A stretch of 62,973 nucleotides of DNA, counting the filler, from Reclinomonas americana ATCC 50394 (taxonomy: Eukaryota), in assembly GCA_048213135.1 (NCBI GenBank). It is 3 parts of 3 records of this genome, joined end to end, with 100 filler letters (N's around TTAATTAATTAA, not from the genome) between each part and the next. Parts side by side here need not be neighbours in the genome. Positions count along the whole stretch, not along the records: positions 1 to 18,255 come from PS015468.1; 2 more parts are not named here. One strand, given 5' to 3'. The notes under the pieces were generated by a model. That model ran no database searches, had not been told where the DNA came from, and was given only the letters and a program-made list of their open reading frames with translations. The position numbers and the translations under genes were made by a program. Below, piece after piece: positions 1-11,889 of this stretch; position 1 is the stretch's first letter; the number at the start of each line of letters is the position of its first letter.

Positions 1-36
1 GAGGCGGGAGAAATGAAAACGATGGAGCACACGCAC

Positions 37-760
37 CTCTTTTCGTATTCGTTCTCGATAAACTTGACCACGATGCGCGCATGCCTGGCCACGTCGACAT
101 TCTGCAACAGCGATGCCAGACTGGTGATAATGTGCTCCTCCATCTCGCGAATGGACTCCTTCTTGGCCTTGGCGCTCTTCATGAGGGCGGCACACAGCGT
201 GCCGAGACCCTTGATGTCGACGAATCGCGCGCAATTCTTCTCGTTGTTGAGCAGAGCGTGGTCGAGAGCCTTGAGGGCGCCTGGCCGAGTGTGCTTCTTC
301 TGAATCAGCAGCACCATGAGCTCGAGGCCTTCCACGCGTCGGAAAAAGTCCTTGTTCTCGTTCTCGACCAGTGCGTAGCACAGGCAATCAAAGAGGTTCT
401 CCATCAGTTCCTGCTCCTCCGACGTGTTGGCCGGGCGGCGCTTGAACGGCTGCATGCACACACCACTCAGCCATCACGCAGTGAGTAGCACGGCAAAGCG
501 TAGCAGCAGACGCAACTACGAGAGCTTTCAGCAGCTCCTCCACTCCATTGATCTTGCCGAGCTCCTTGCGGATGTGCGGGTCGCTCATGAGAAAGATGGA
601 GAGGATCTCGCTGGCGTACAGCTTATTGGCGTCGAACTTGCGCGTCTTGATGCGATGCACCAAGTACGGCAGGATCGGTGTCTTGCGCACCGCGTCCACG
701 GCGGTCGTCGGCACCAGCTCCGTGAGGTGCTCCAGAATGCCAAGCACATTGTGCAACGCA
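37..760 (-). CDS. CTNNBL1: Beta-catenin-like protein 1 (Prp19 complex), middle part; partial, multi-exon
   Basis: Translates to ANKLYASEILSIFL, GVEELLKAL, EEQELMENLFDCL, VEGLELMV, RFVDIKGLGTL, EMEEHIITSLASLL and KFIENEYEK, all characteristic of CTNNBL1. Intron donor at 516 is GTTGCGT. Confidence 0.9.
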
Positions 761-1000
761 NNNNNNNNNNNNNNNNNNNNNNNNNNNNNNNNNNNNNNNN
801 NNNNNNNNNNNNNNNNNNNNNNNNNNNNNNNNNNNNNNNNNNNNNNNNNNNNNNNNNNNNNNNNNNNNNNNNNNNNNNNNNNNNNNNNNNNNNNNNNNNN
901 NNNNNNNNNNNNNNNNNNNNNNNNNNNNNNNNNNNNNNNNNNNNNNNNNNNNNNNNNNNNNNNNNNNNNNNNNNNNNNNNNNNNNNNNNNNNNNNNNNNN

Positions 1001-1455
1001 GGTGGTGGTTGATCTTCTGCTGACGCAGTGGCGGCGTCCTCGGCATCCCCGTCGCCCGCAGAGTCGCCCAGATGGTCAGCGTATTCGCGCAAATTCTGCT
1101 TGATCTCGTCCACCGAGTGTCCCTGCATGCTGAGTCGTGAAAAGACGCGCTGTCGCATGGCCTGCGACGCGAGTCAATACATCGAATGCAAGAGCACATG
1201 GCGCGGCAAGATGCACACAGACACACACCTCGGCAGCCTCCGGTTGATCCCTGTACAGGTGATCGGGGGCGGCAATGGACACCACCGCCAGGATGTAGTC
1301 GATGAGCTGGAGCGTAAAGAGGCCGGCCTCGAGACGCATTGCGTACACTTCTTCGTCGTCGACCTCACCCTTCATGTCGGCCACTGTTCGCGTGGCGTGC
1401 TGAATGCCCTCCTCTGCTTGTGCCACACGCTGTGCGTACTCGCAGTGCAAGTCAC
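1001..1455 (-). CDS. CTNNBL1: Beta-catenin-like protein 1, C-terminal part (contig appears misplaced relative to 37-760)
   Basis: YAMRLEAGLFTLQLIDYIL ... IKQNLREYADHLGD matches the conserved C-terminus of CTNNBL1. Confidence 0.85.
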
Positions 1456-1529
1456 ACAGGCGGTCACTGTGTGTACAGAGCGAGAAAGATGGTCAGGAAA
1501 AAAAGGGGGNNNNNNNNNNNNNNNNNNNN

Positions 1530-1686
1530 ACCGCCGCCGCCGCCTCCGCCACCACCACCGCCACCACCACCGGCGGGTGAGGGCAGTGAGGAAGCTGCCG
1601 GAGGTGCGCCCCCAACACAGCTGTCAGCAAGGGCACGCTTGCTGCAGCAGAAGCGTGAAATCGAGGACCTCATCAGTGTGTTGTGA
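1530..1686 (+). CDS. 3' end of an unidentified proline-rich protein (after gap)
   Basis: PPPPPPP..AGEGSEEAAGG...LLQQKREIEDLISVL-stop, followed by a more AT-rich 3' region that converges on the kynureninase stop. Confidence 0.4.
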
Positions 1687-1806
1687 TGCGGCCGCCGCAG
1701 CCTGTGATGCACGTGGTGGGCGGAGGATCGCTGAAGACAATGCATCGGATTACTCTTTCTTGTCTTCATTTCTATTTTCACGTCACCCGTTGCATACTCC
1801 CGCCCG

Positions 1807-4419
1807 TCACTGCAAGTGCGACTTCAGGTATTTCACCAGTCGCGACACATCCGAGAACGAGTTGTAGAGTGGCTTGGGAGCCAGGCGCAAAATGTCGGGA
1901 TCGCGTTTGTCGACCACGAATCCGTCGGCCACCATGATTTCCTGGCGCAGGCACATGAGGTGGTTGATCGCCTCCTACCTACACACGTGCAGTGCACACA
2001 AACCTCGATCTGCTTGGCCGACAGTTTCTTGCCGTTGAACTTGCCACGAATCTGAATCGACAACTGGCAGCCGCGCTGCGCGGGGTCGCGCGGGGTAATG
2101 ATGTGGATCTGTGTGCACAACGTCGAAGAACCCCATGAGCACACGCATGCACCCGTCTCTGGCAACTTGTCTCTCCCCCCACACATACCTTGCCGTCCAA
2201 CTCGCGCTGCAGCCGCATCTCCATGTAGGCCGTGAGCAAGAGGCTCTTTGCACGCAGTCGCTCCATGCCCGCCTCGTTGTAGAGGCGCAGTGGTGGGATC
2301 AGGGCGCTGATGCCGAGCACAATGGGATTGCTCAGCTGCCAACCGGCAGCACCCGGCGCCGGATCAAACTCGTTCACCACATGGAAGCGCGTCTCACGTC
2401 GGTTGCCCCACCAACCGGCGTAGCGCGGCAGATCGGGCTCGTTGGCAAAGCGCTCGTGCACAAAGACGCCGGAGAGGTTTCCGGGACCACCGCACAGGTA
2501 CTTGTAGGTGCACCAGCAGGCGCAGTCCACGTTCCACTCGTGCAGCTTCAGCGGCACGTTGCCGACTGCGTGCGCCAGATCCCAGCCAACTCGCGCACCA
2601 ACCAGGTGAGCAGCCTCGGTGATGCTGCGCGCAACACACACACACAAAAAAAGAGAGAGATGAGGCGAACCGGGAAGGCACGTTTCTAACACTCTGGCTG
2701 GCCCCATCGACGCAACACTGGAATCTCAAACAGCTGACCGGTGCGGAACTGCAGGCCCGACAGCATCACCAGTGCGATCTCGTGACCGTGCTGCTCCAAA
2801 ATCGACAGAATGTCGCTGGTGCGGATCGAGTCTTCACCATCGCGCGGAGCCACCTGAATGAGCACCTCGTCGGGATCGAGTCCCCACGAGTGAATGTGCG
2901 TGCGGAAGGCAATCATGTCGGAGGGGAACGAGTGGTACTCGATCAGAATGCGGAAGCGACTCTCCGAGGGCCGGTAAAACGACACCAACAGCAGGTGCAC
3001 ATTCACCGTCAGCGAATTCATCACCACGACCTACAATGACAGGGTGAAGTGAGTGTCTCGTGTGTGCAACAGCTTTTTGCAGCAGCCAGACGGCGTGATA
3101 CCTCACTCGGCTTGGCGCCGACCAAGTTGGCCATCGGTTCCTGCACCTCGTCCTCAATGAGGAACCACGGTCGCGGCGCTTCAAAGTGCCCACTGTGCCC
3201 GTGTGAGTATCAATCAACACCAGGGGCGCACGGACACGACGACAACTGACCGCACTCCCACACGCTGCCACTTGCGAATGTCTTGCAGCACCGACTCCTC
3301 CGTGCCACGGGCCTGCAGGCCAAGCGAGTGGCCACACAAGTAGCAGGCGTCTGCGAGAAGCGACAAGAGCGTAAGGGTGGTGATGCAAGAGAAGCAGCAC
3401 GAGGAGAAGTGACCAACCACTGCCGTCGGGAGCCTGTGGCATAAAGAACTGATCGCGATACTGCGCCAGCTCGTCGTTGGCGTCCATGTGCGCCGCAAAC
3501 TCATCCGAGCACAGCTCCAAGTGCGCACTCTCCGCTGCCCGAGTCAGTCGCGCATGCACCTCCGACGACTCGTCGTTGCCTGCCGCCGGTCACAGGTCAA
3601 CACGCACAGTCGACAATATGAGAGCAGTCTCACAAGCGACCAACCCTGCACTTCCGTACGCGGCGCCACTTTCAGCTGCGCAAGCAGTGAGCCCGCCGGC
3701 AGCTCTCCATGTACCTCCTCGCCACGCAGGCCGAGTGGCATGCGACGTTGATTCATCACGTGTGCCGGATCGCCACCGGAGGATGCCTCGGCCGATGCAT
3801 GCCCTGCTCCGCCCTTCTTCTCGTCGCCCTCCAGATCCTTGGGGAACATGAGTGCAAACAGCCACACCATGAGGAGGAAGCCGGAGGACGACTGTGCGTG
3901 CGCACACAGAGTGAGTCGTCGCCACACTGAGAGAGAGAGAGAGAGCGAGAGAAGAGTGTGATTGGCATGCCTTGCGAATGGTCGACACCAAGTCATACTG
4001 CGCAGTGGTCACATGCGCGGAGGGCAGCAGTGCACCCACCAGCACCTCAAGCACCGCACACACCACCACCACTGGAGAGAGTGAGAGTGAGAGAGTGAGA
4101 TGTTGAGAGAAGGCCAAGATGCGCACATTCGTTCTCACCAAACAACAAGTAGAACTTGACGGCCTGCACGCGACGAATGCTGCTGATGGTGGCGGCGAAG
4201 AGCGAGAATGACGTGTAGAACAAGGCCGTGTCGATCACATCGGAACCTTTGTAGTTGTGAAACAAAGGAGGTGGGCACACACACACACACACAGACACTC
4301 AGCACAGGTGCGACGGAGAAACGCATACCGAAACGTGCGGCAAGCGTGGTATAGACCTCGCCGAGGTGTTGCACAAAAGACATGCTTCCTCCTCTCTCCC
4401 TCGCAATAAAGAGTGAAAT
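1807..4419 (-). CDS. KYNU: Kynureninase (PLP-dependent) with an in-frame N-terminal multi-pass membrane domain; 5' end lost in gap
   Basis: Motifs YLCGHSLGLQ, MNSLTVNVHLLLVSFYRP, FPSD, GWDLAHAVGNVPLKLHEW, WCTYKYL (PLP lysine), WQLSNP, RGCQLS and RLAPKPLYNSF. Hand-spliced GT-AG introns keep frame up to the hydrophobic exons near 3830-4419. Stop TGA at 1807-1809. Confidence 0.93.
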
Positions 4420-4590
4420 NNNNNNNNNNNNNNNNNNNNNNNNNNNNNNNNNNNNNNNNNNNNNNNNNNNNNNNNNNNNNNNNNNNNNNNNNNNNNNNNN
4501 NNNNNNNNNNNNNNNNNNNNNNNNNNNNNNNNNNNNNNNNNNNNNNNNNNNNNNNNNNNNNNNNNNNNNNNNNNNNNNNNNNNNNNNNNN

Positions 4591-5085
4591 GACACCTCCT
4601 CCGGCAAGGTCAAGGGCACCTGTGTCATGTTTTACAAGTTGTTCTATCTGGAGGATGAAACCCTGCATGTGCGTATATTGTGTACCTGCGCGCGTCTGTG
4701 CATTGCTGACGAAAGTGACTGCTCGCAGCTCACCATCCAAGTCACGTACGAGCGCGTGGTTAACGAGCCAGCCGTGGTCCGTCTCGTGTGCTTCAACCCG
4801 CACGGCCCACTGAACACGGTGCAGCATCTGGACCGGCTGCAGGATACTCTGGAGACGTGTCGTCAGAACTTGCAGACCATGAGTGCCGGCGAGATCGGTC
4901 CAGGCGGCATCCGCTTCGGCAGTGGCTCGGGGAGTGGTTTCAGCAGTCTCGCCGCAGCGGCGGCGGGCGAGTCCAGCGGCAATGGATCATTCGGCTCACG
5001 CGCTTCACCATCGCAGGGTATCACCTCGTCACGGCCTCCACTTCCGTCGGCGCAGCCACCACCACCGCCACCACCGCGCAAGTAA
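4591..5085 (+). CDS. 3' part of an unidentified protein on a small contig between gaps
   Basis: Open frame from the gap (DTSSGKVKGTCVMFYKLFYLEDETLH), a likely GTGCGT..CAG intron, then LTIQVTYERVV..., ending in a Ser/Pro-rich tail and TAA. Confidence 0.5.
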   Translation, partial: DTSSGKVKGTCVMFYKLFYLEDETLHVRILCTCARLCIADESDCSQLTIQVTYERVVNEPAVVRLVCFNPHGPLNTVQHLDRLQDTLETCRQNLQTMSAGEIGPGGIRFGSGSGSGFSSLAAAAAGESSGNGSFGSRASPSQGITSSRPPLPSAQPPPPPPPRK

Positions 5086-5553
5086 AAACAAAATTGTGTA
5101 CTNNNNNNNNNNNNNNNNNNNNNNNNNNNNNNNNNNNNNNNNNNNNNNNNNNNNNNNNNNNNNNNNNNNNNNNNNNNNNNNNNNNNNNNNNNNNNNNNNN
5201 NNNNNNNNNNNNNNNNNNNNNNNNNNNNNNNNNNNNNNNNNNNNNNNNNNNNNNNNNNNNNNNNNNNNNNNNNNNNNNNNNNNNNNNNNNNNNNNNNNNN
5301 NNNNNNNNNNNNNNNNNNNNNNNNNNNNNNNNNNNNNNNNNNNNNNNNNNNNNNNNNNNNNNNNNNNNNNNNNNNNNNNNNNNNNNNNNNNNNNNNNNNN
5401 NNNNNNNNNNNNNNNNNNNNNNNNNNNNNNNNNNNNNNNNNNNNNNNNNNNNNNNNNNNNNNNNNNNNNNNNNNNNNNNNNNNNNNNNNNNNNNNNNNNN
5501 NNNNNNNNNNNNNNNNNNNNNNNNNNNNNNNNNNNNNNNNNNNNNNNNNNNNN

Positions 5554-8500
5554 GATCACAATCGGCAGCACTTGCTGTGTGTCCTGCGGGTACACCCACC
5601 GCGGGTCTGGCGGGAAAATGTACTGCACTGTTTCCAGGCAGTCACCGCCGGCCGACGTACGCGTAAACTGCTGAAGAGCCTGATACGTCAACGTCGAGGC
5701 CTGCGTCATGGTTTGTGCCTCCGGGACGTGCGCCATGATAGAGTCCTGGGGTGGGCAGAAGAAGAAATGTGAGTGCGCTGAGTATCTTCGCGTGAATCCA
5801 CAAGCGTACGCAACTCGCAATGCGTCGCGCAGCAGTTGCGCCTCGCGGAATGCCTCGTGCTCACTCTCCTCGCTGAAAATGGGCGCCTCGATTCGGGCCT
5901 TGAGCTTGCGCTTGAGTTCGACAGTGGCCACCAGCAAGTCTGGAAACATCAACGTCGGGCTACTGCTGTCGATGCCGTAGCTATTTAGCATTGCCAGTTC
6001 CGCCTGCCATATTGTTTTCGTGAGAATGAGTGGAATGAGAAGGTGAATGCGCGAGTGTGCCTGTGCGACGCGCAACGCAACTCCCAAATGACCATCTGCA
6101 CGCCGACTCTGCGGATTCCCGAGTCCCGCGATGAGCGGGTCGTCGACCAAGTGGCGCGTCAGCAGTTTCTATTGGGGGTGCGCGACTGTACGTGAGCGAC
6201 AACGAAATGCGTGCAGCGCACACCACCAGCACACAGACAGCAACAACAAACCCTCTGGCTGAGTAGTGGATCTTGTGGCGATGGCTGCTCCGCCGGACCG
6301 AGAGCCATGCTTCGTGACGATGCTGCACGGTTGCGCAACTGCTCGGCATGCGCTGCACAGCATGACATAGCGATGAGCAAAGTGACAGCAACAGTAAAAT
6401 CTGTGCGACGAGGAAAGATTCCGGAACGAACCCGACATACCAGCGGCAGCTGGCAACGACATGCTCATTCGCTTGTCGAGTTCAACCACTGACACACGCA
6501 GAGAGACATCCAGTGAGTACGATGATCGTGAATACTCTTGCAGAAACTCAGATATGCCACGATGTTGTCACCCCACACACACGCATGGCAGAGTGAGAGT
6601 GACACAGGGGGAGAGAAACTTCGGAAGGAACACGAGAAGGAAAAGTCACGCATCACCCAGTTGCGAGCCCTCACCCGAGCGTATCATGATCAGCATCGCA
6701 CCTAATGCTGGCCCAGATGCCTTCGTGTCGGCCCCGTTCTCCAGACGAGGTGACTTCCACGGCGACGACGAATCACCGCCGCTCTTGCCAGCTCTCGAGT
6801 GAGAACTCTTGGCAGGTGTCAGCTGGTGTAGCCTTTGCAGCTGCTGCGCCACCGATGGCCGCTGCGACTCGACCACAAAGCTCTCCAGTGTGGCTCGATT
6901 CACTGCAGCCCAGCAAGGCATCAGCATCAAGAGGAACATGTCACCGTGCCGCACAAAATGCACACACCCTCAAGCGTTCGTGACGAGGCTGCTGCTTGGC
7001 GGTACGACTCGGCTGTGAACATGCCAGACGTGGTCAGCGCACGCGGCAGCTCCGGTCGTCTTGACATTTCCGCATTGATGCGCTTTCGCTTGCGAGCCTG
7101 CGGTACCGTCAATGAGCCACACGAGTGCAACGAGATAAATCAAGATACCGCACGCACCGAAAACAGGCGCCTCACACGCAGTATCAGATTGCTGGTGGTC
7201 CAGTGCTGCGAGAAAACGCTCACCACACCCGGCTCGCCGAGCAGCTCATCGTCCAGGCTGCCAACAGAGTCGGATCCCTCGCCCTGCTCGTCAAGTTCTG
7301 TCTGCGGACCGGCAGTGTACAACGTGCTTCCGGAGCGATCCAGCGAGAAAGCCGACGATCCGGCCCGCAAAATTGAGCCAGGCGCACTGCCACGCGAGCG
7401 TGAGCGTCGACGACCCTCGGTCGGCGGATTGAATTCGCTGCCCTCAGCGACCGACGGACTGCGCATGATGGCGTGCTTGCCGAACACTTGCCCGTCCAGC
7501 ACTATGCAATCGCGCACAAAATCCTTCAAAATCTGCACACGACCAAATTTTCAGCACCGGCGAGAACACAAATAGCAAAATCCACTTTCGCACCTGCTCT
7601 TCAGAGACAACAAAGGCGGGGTGCGACTCTTGCCGGCCGGTGCGGAATGAGACCCATGGAAACGGAAGCGATACCTGCCATAATGCACGCCGCGTCAGCG
7701 AACGGTGTCACTGGCATTGTGGGAAGGCAAACAAGCAAGCACGCACCTCGCCATAGCTCTGCACAAGATCCATGAAGGCGGCCACAGTCTCTGTGTGCTC
7801 CAATTCGGCACGCATCCGCTCAGCGCGCATGATCCATTGGTAGTTCTCAATCGGGGTCGCCTGGTCACACACACGAGTCAGTACACGAACCACACATAAA
7901 GCGGCTGACTTGCTTGATAGAGATGCAGGGTACGCACCCGATCCACGGCATCTCGAGTAAAGTTCTGGAAAAAGAATTTGTAGAGACGCGCCACGCTCTC
8001 GTGAAAGTTGGTGTGCGTCACCGTCACCATTGATCTCGCTCTCGTCGGCAGAAAGATATCCTCGGAGGCCTGCCCGCTCTCCACGTGAGAATCTCCACAC
8101 NNNNNNNNNNNNNNNNNNNNNNNNNNNNNNNNNNNNNNNNNNNNNNNNNNNNNNNNNNNNNNNNNNNNNNNNNNNNNNNNNNNNNNNNNNNNNNNNNNNN
8201 NNNNNNNNNNNNNNNNNNNNNNNNNNNNNNNNNNNNNNNNNNNNNNNNNNNNNNNNNNNNNNNNNNNNNNNNNNNNNNNNNNNNNNNNNNNNNNNNNNNN
8301 NNNNNNNNNNACACCTTGATCCTCTCTTTCGCCTCTGCCAACCCCCACTCACCATGACCTCGGAGAGAAACGTGTGGATCCACTGCACGGCTGTCGAGTC
8401 GGCGTCGGGATCGGCGAGGACCAACTTGCCAACATTCTTGGCAATCGACGCCAGTTTTTGCTGCTCCGCCGGTAGCGGGTCCACTGCACGAGTGCACACC

Positions 8501-9890
8501 AGCGTGAACATGGGTCACTGCCATGACACACACACCCCAAACACACATGCACGGCGTACCCTTCACAATCCCGAACGTCTCCGGGCTCACAATGCCGGGG
8601 CACAGTAGCTTCTGAAAGAAGAATGTGGCCACCATCTGCATTCCCATGCCCTTAGTGTGCTCCTCCACCGCATCGCAGATCACATAACATATTCTCTTCA
8701 GCGGTCTGTGTGTCGTATTCGCGGATGAGGAATCTAAGCCACCGCCACCGTCCGATAATGCGCACGCAACAGTGGAACTTGTGCGACAGTCTGCGTGATG
8801 TGTCGCACCACCTTTTGTGTGCAGCTGCGCACCGTCCGGATGTGATGTTCCTGTACAAACTCCTGTGACGCGTTGTGGTGAGCGCGTCAAGTGTGAGGCA
8901 TAACTAGATGGCGCTCTTATCAAAGCACGCACCGGCGAGCGCAGAATATCCGGCAGCAGACTGAGCGCGACTCTAATGTACTCGCTGCCGTGCCTTCTCA
9001 AGTACGCGTGAATCACTCGCATCGAGTAGCTGCGCGGTAGCGTCAGCGCGTTCTTGATCTGACCACGATCGCCTGCGCATACGACCGTCAGCGAACACAA
9101 CACACACCCCGAGTTGCGTACACACACACATACACACCCTGCTTGATCCACGACAGATCCCGCTGGATAACGTGGTGAATGAGATTGAGCGACATATCTA
9201 GCATCCATGGCGGCTGTGGTTCGTCACAGACAGCCGCCGCAGCCGCCGTTGCGGCCACCGGAGCCGCCCCACTGCCGCTTCCGGCGTCAGCGAATGGCTG
9301 ATAATTGGGAAACGGACCGGGCGTCATGGGCACTGCCGAGAGAGACATAAGTAGCCGTGGTGGGAGAGAGAGAGAGAGAGAGAGCAACACGCGACATCCA
9401 CTCACCAGCTTGCTGCTGCTGTCGCGCCTTTTGCGACTGCCAGTACTCCTCCGCCAGCGACGAGGGCACCACAGGCAGCGCAGTGAGCAGCGGAGAAGTG
9501 GACGGACTGTCTCCACTGGCACCAACACCACCACCACCACCAGCAGCACCACCAGCAGCAGCGCCCTTGACTCGCGCCGGCATGTCGCCCGAGGCATGAC
9601 GAGGCGCAAAGCGCGATTGAGTGTAGTAGTCACACACATTCATCAAATCGCGCAAGTCGTCCTCGCTGCCTCGTTGACACACCGAGGCGCCGTAGCGGAA
9701 GTCGCTGTCGCCATGCACAAGAAGCTGCGGAGAGACAGCGAGTCAGACCTCTCATCTTTTGCTCTCTCTCTCACACACACACACACTCACACACCTCAAT
9801 CAATGGTGCATACGGGGAGGTTGTTGTGGTTGTTGGCGTTGTGGAGTTGAGTGGTGGTGATGCCGCGGGCACATTGGCAGGCGAGGACAT
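5554..9890 (-). CDS. Large multi-exon RasGAP-domain protein (catalytic motifs degenerate); 3' end in gap
   Basis: AYLRRHGSEYI, ICYVICDAV..VATFFFQKLLCPGIVSPETFGIV and KLASIAKNVGKL resemble the RasGAP core. Start ATG inferred at 9890. Confidence 0.65.
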
Positions 9891-10137
9891 CTATGCTCTC
9901 TCTCTGTGTGTGTGCAAGAGTGTGTCTGCGAAATCTCCGCCAACACACTCCACACACACGCGCGCGCACGTCTGCTGCACACTCAGACGCCCGCTTGCCC
10001 CTCTCGCTCCCTCTCTTTCGCCACACACACAGAAGAACGTGCGCGTTGTCGTCGCCGGAGTGTGTAGTGTGTAGTCAATCTCCATTGATTGGCGATCCAA
10101 TCGCACTCTCACCTTTCTCTCTCTTCGCCTTTGTGCC

Positions 10138-11818
10138 ATGTGGCTGCTCGGGCGGCGCAGCCTGCTGGCTCCTCTGCGCACATTTCCACTGACAACAACA
10201 GTTGCGCGCGGGCTGGAGAGACAGAGAAGAGCGGTGAACAAGGCGCTCATGTCATCACTCACACACTCACACACACACGCGCAGCAACGAGCATTCAGTA
10301 ATGGTACTGTTTCCCCTGTGCATGTACGCGTGTGTGTGCATATGTGACGCTGATTCTTGCACTCACAGTGGTCAAGGATTTCATCACATTGCGCATGCCT
10401 GCATTGTCGCCGACAATGACGCAGGGAAACCTGGCAACGTGGCGAGTCAAGGTCTGTGCCTCTCTCTCTCTCCCTCTCTCACACACCCACTCTCTCACAC
10501 GCACATGCAAGGTCGGAGATCAGGTCAGCACGGGCAGTGTGGTGGCCGAGGTGGAGACCGACAAGGCGACGATTGACTTTGAGAGCCCGGAGGACGGCTT
10601 TGTGGGAGCGCTGCTGGTGCAGAGTGGGACGCGGGACTTGAACGTGGGCACGCCCATTGCGGTGCTGGTGGAGACGCCGGCGTTGGTCGGGAAAAAGTAT
10701 GATATCGAAAGCACTGATGCACCTGCTGCTGCGCCATCACCTCCTCCTCCTCCTCCATCATCACCACCACCACCGCCACCGGCGGCATCGTCGCCGGCCA
10801 CACCACCGCCTCGACAGCAGCCTGTCGCTGCTCATTCTGCTCATCCTCCTGCCTCCGTCAAGGCGTCGCCGGCCGCGCTGGTCATTGCCTTGTCGCTTGG
10901 CCTCGACCTGTCGAGCATTCGTGCCACAGGGCCGCGCGGGCACATCACCAAGGCCGATGTGCTCGATTTTGCCAAGCGTGGACCATCGTCGGCAGCGGTG
11001 CCGGCCGCCGCCAAGGCGCCGTCACCTGTTGCTGCTGCCGCGCCAGCCGGCTTGTATCCGCCGTACCCGGTGCCACCTGCGCGTGCGGCCTTCCGCGATG
11101 TGCCAGTGGATGAAGCGCGTGTCGCGGCGGCGACGCTCGCTGCCGCCGCCAAGGTGCTGGTGCCGCACTCGTATGTGAATCGAACGGTGCCGCTGAGCAA
11201 TTCGACTGCTGCACTCGTGTCATCTGGTGCGTGCGTTTTTCACCAGCGCTTTACGTGCTCGTCATGCTGATTTATGCGCACGTAGGCCAACTCAGCGTGC
11301 TGACACTGGCCACGCGTGCGGTCGCCCTGTGCCTCGCCTCCGAGGCCGCATTCAAGACGCTCGGATCAACCACCGTGGCCGTGCGCCCGAATGCCGGCTC
11401 TGGTGCGCCAGTGGTGATTGAGAATGCAGCGCGGAGAAGCACGGGCGAAATTCAGGCTCTGCTGTCGTCCTCCTCCTCTCCACCAGCGGCATCGGCTGCT
11501 GCCGTCTTCTCCGTGTCGGAGGCCACCCAGACGCTTCTTTCCTACACGGCCGTCATTCCTCCGGGACAAGTCGGCGTGCTTTCGGTCGGCAGGTGCGTGT
11601 TTTTTCGTCGCCACTGGCGACGAAGAGTTCTCATGCTCCTCGATCACAGCATGCAACGCGTTCCGCATGTGGATCCAGTCAGCGGCGCGTTGCTCCCACC
11701 ACGCTCACAAGTGCAAGTGTACGTGTCATTCGACGAGCGCGCAGTCGACATTGAGGCCGTGAGCGCCTTCCTCGACGAGTTTGCCACGCTCATGCGGAGC
11801 CCGCTGGCACACATGTGA
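10138..11818 (+). CDS. Pyruvate dehydrogenase complex protein X / E3-binding-protein-like (E2 paralogue), mitochondrial
   Basis: Arg-rich presequence; lipoyl domain MPALSPTMTQGN..EVETDKAT; Pro/Ala linker; peripheral-subunit-binding domain ASPAA..ATGPRGHITKADV; short divergent inner domain ending SFDERAVD. Confidence 0.8.
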
Positions 11819-11889
11819 AGAATGTAGTCATCGTCATCATGTCGATCGAACGGATTCCATACCACGGATCACTTCTTCTCTCTCTCTCT

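Noticed and set aside
37..1455. CTNNBL1 C-terminal exons placed upstream of the middle exons (apparent scrambling or trans-splicing)
   Set aside because: The pieces are separated by N gaps and flanked by unrelated fragments, so contig misordering is the simpler explanation.
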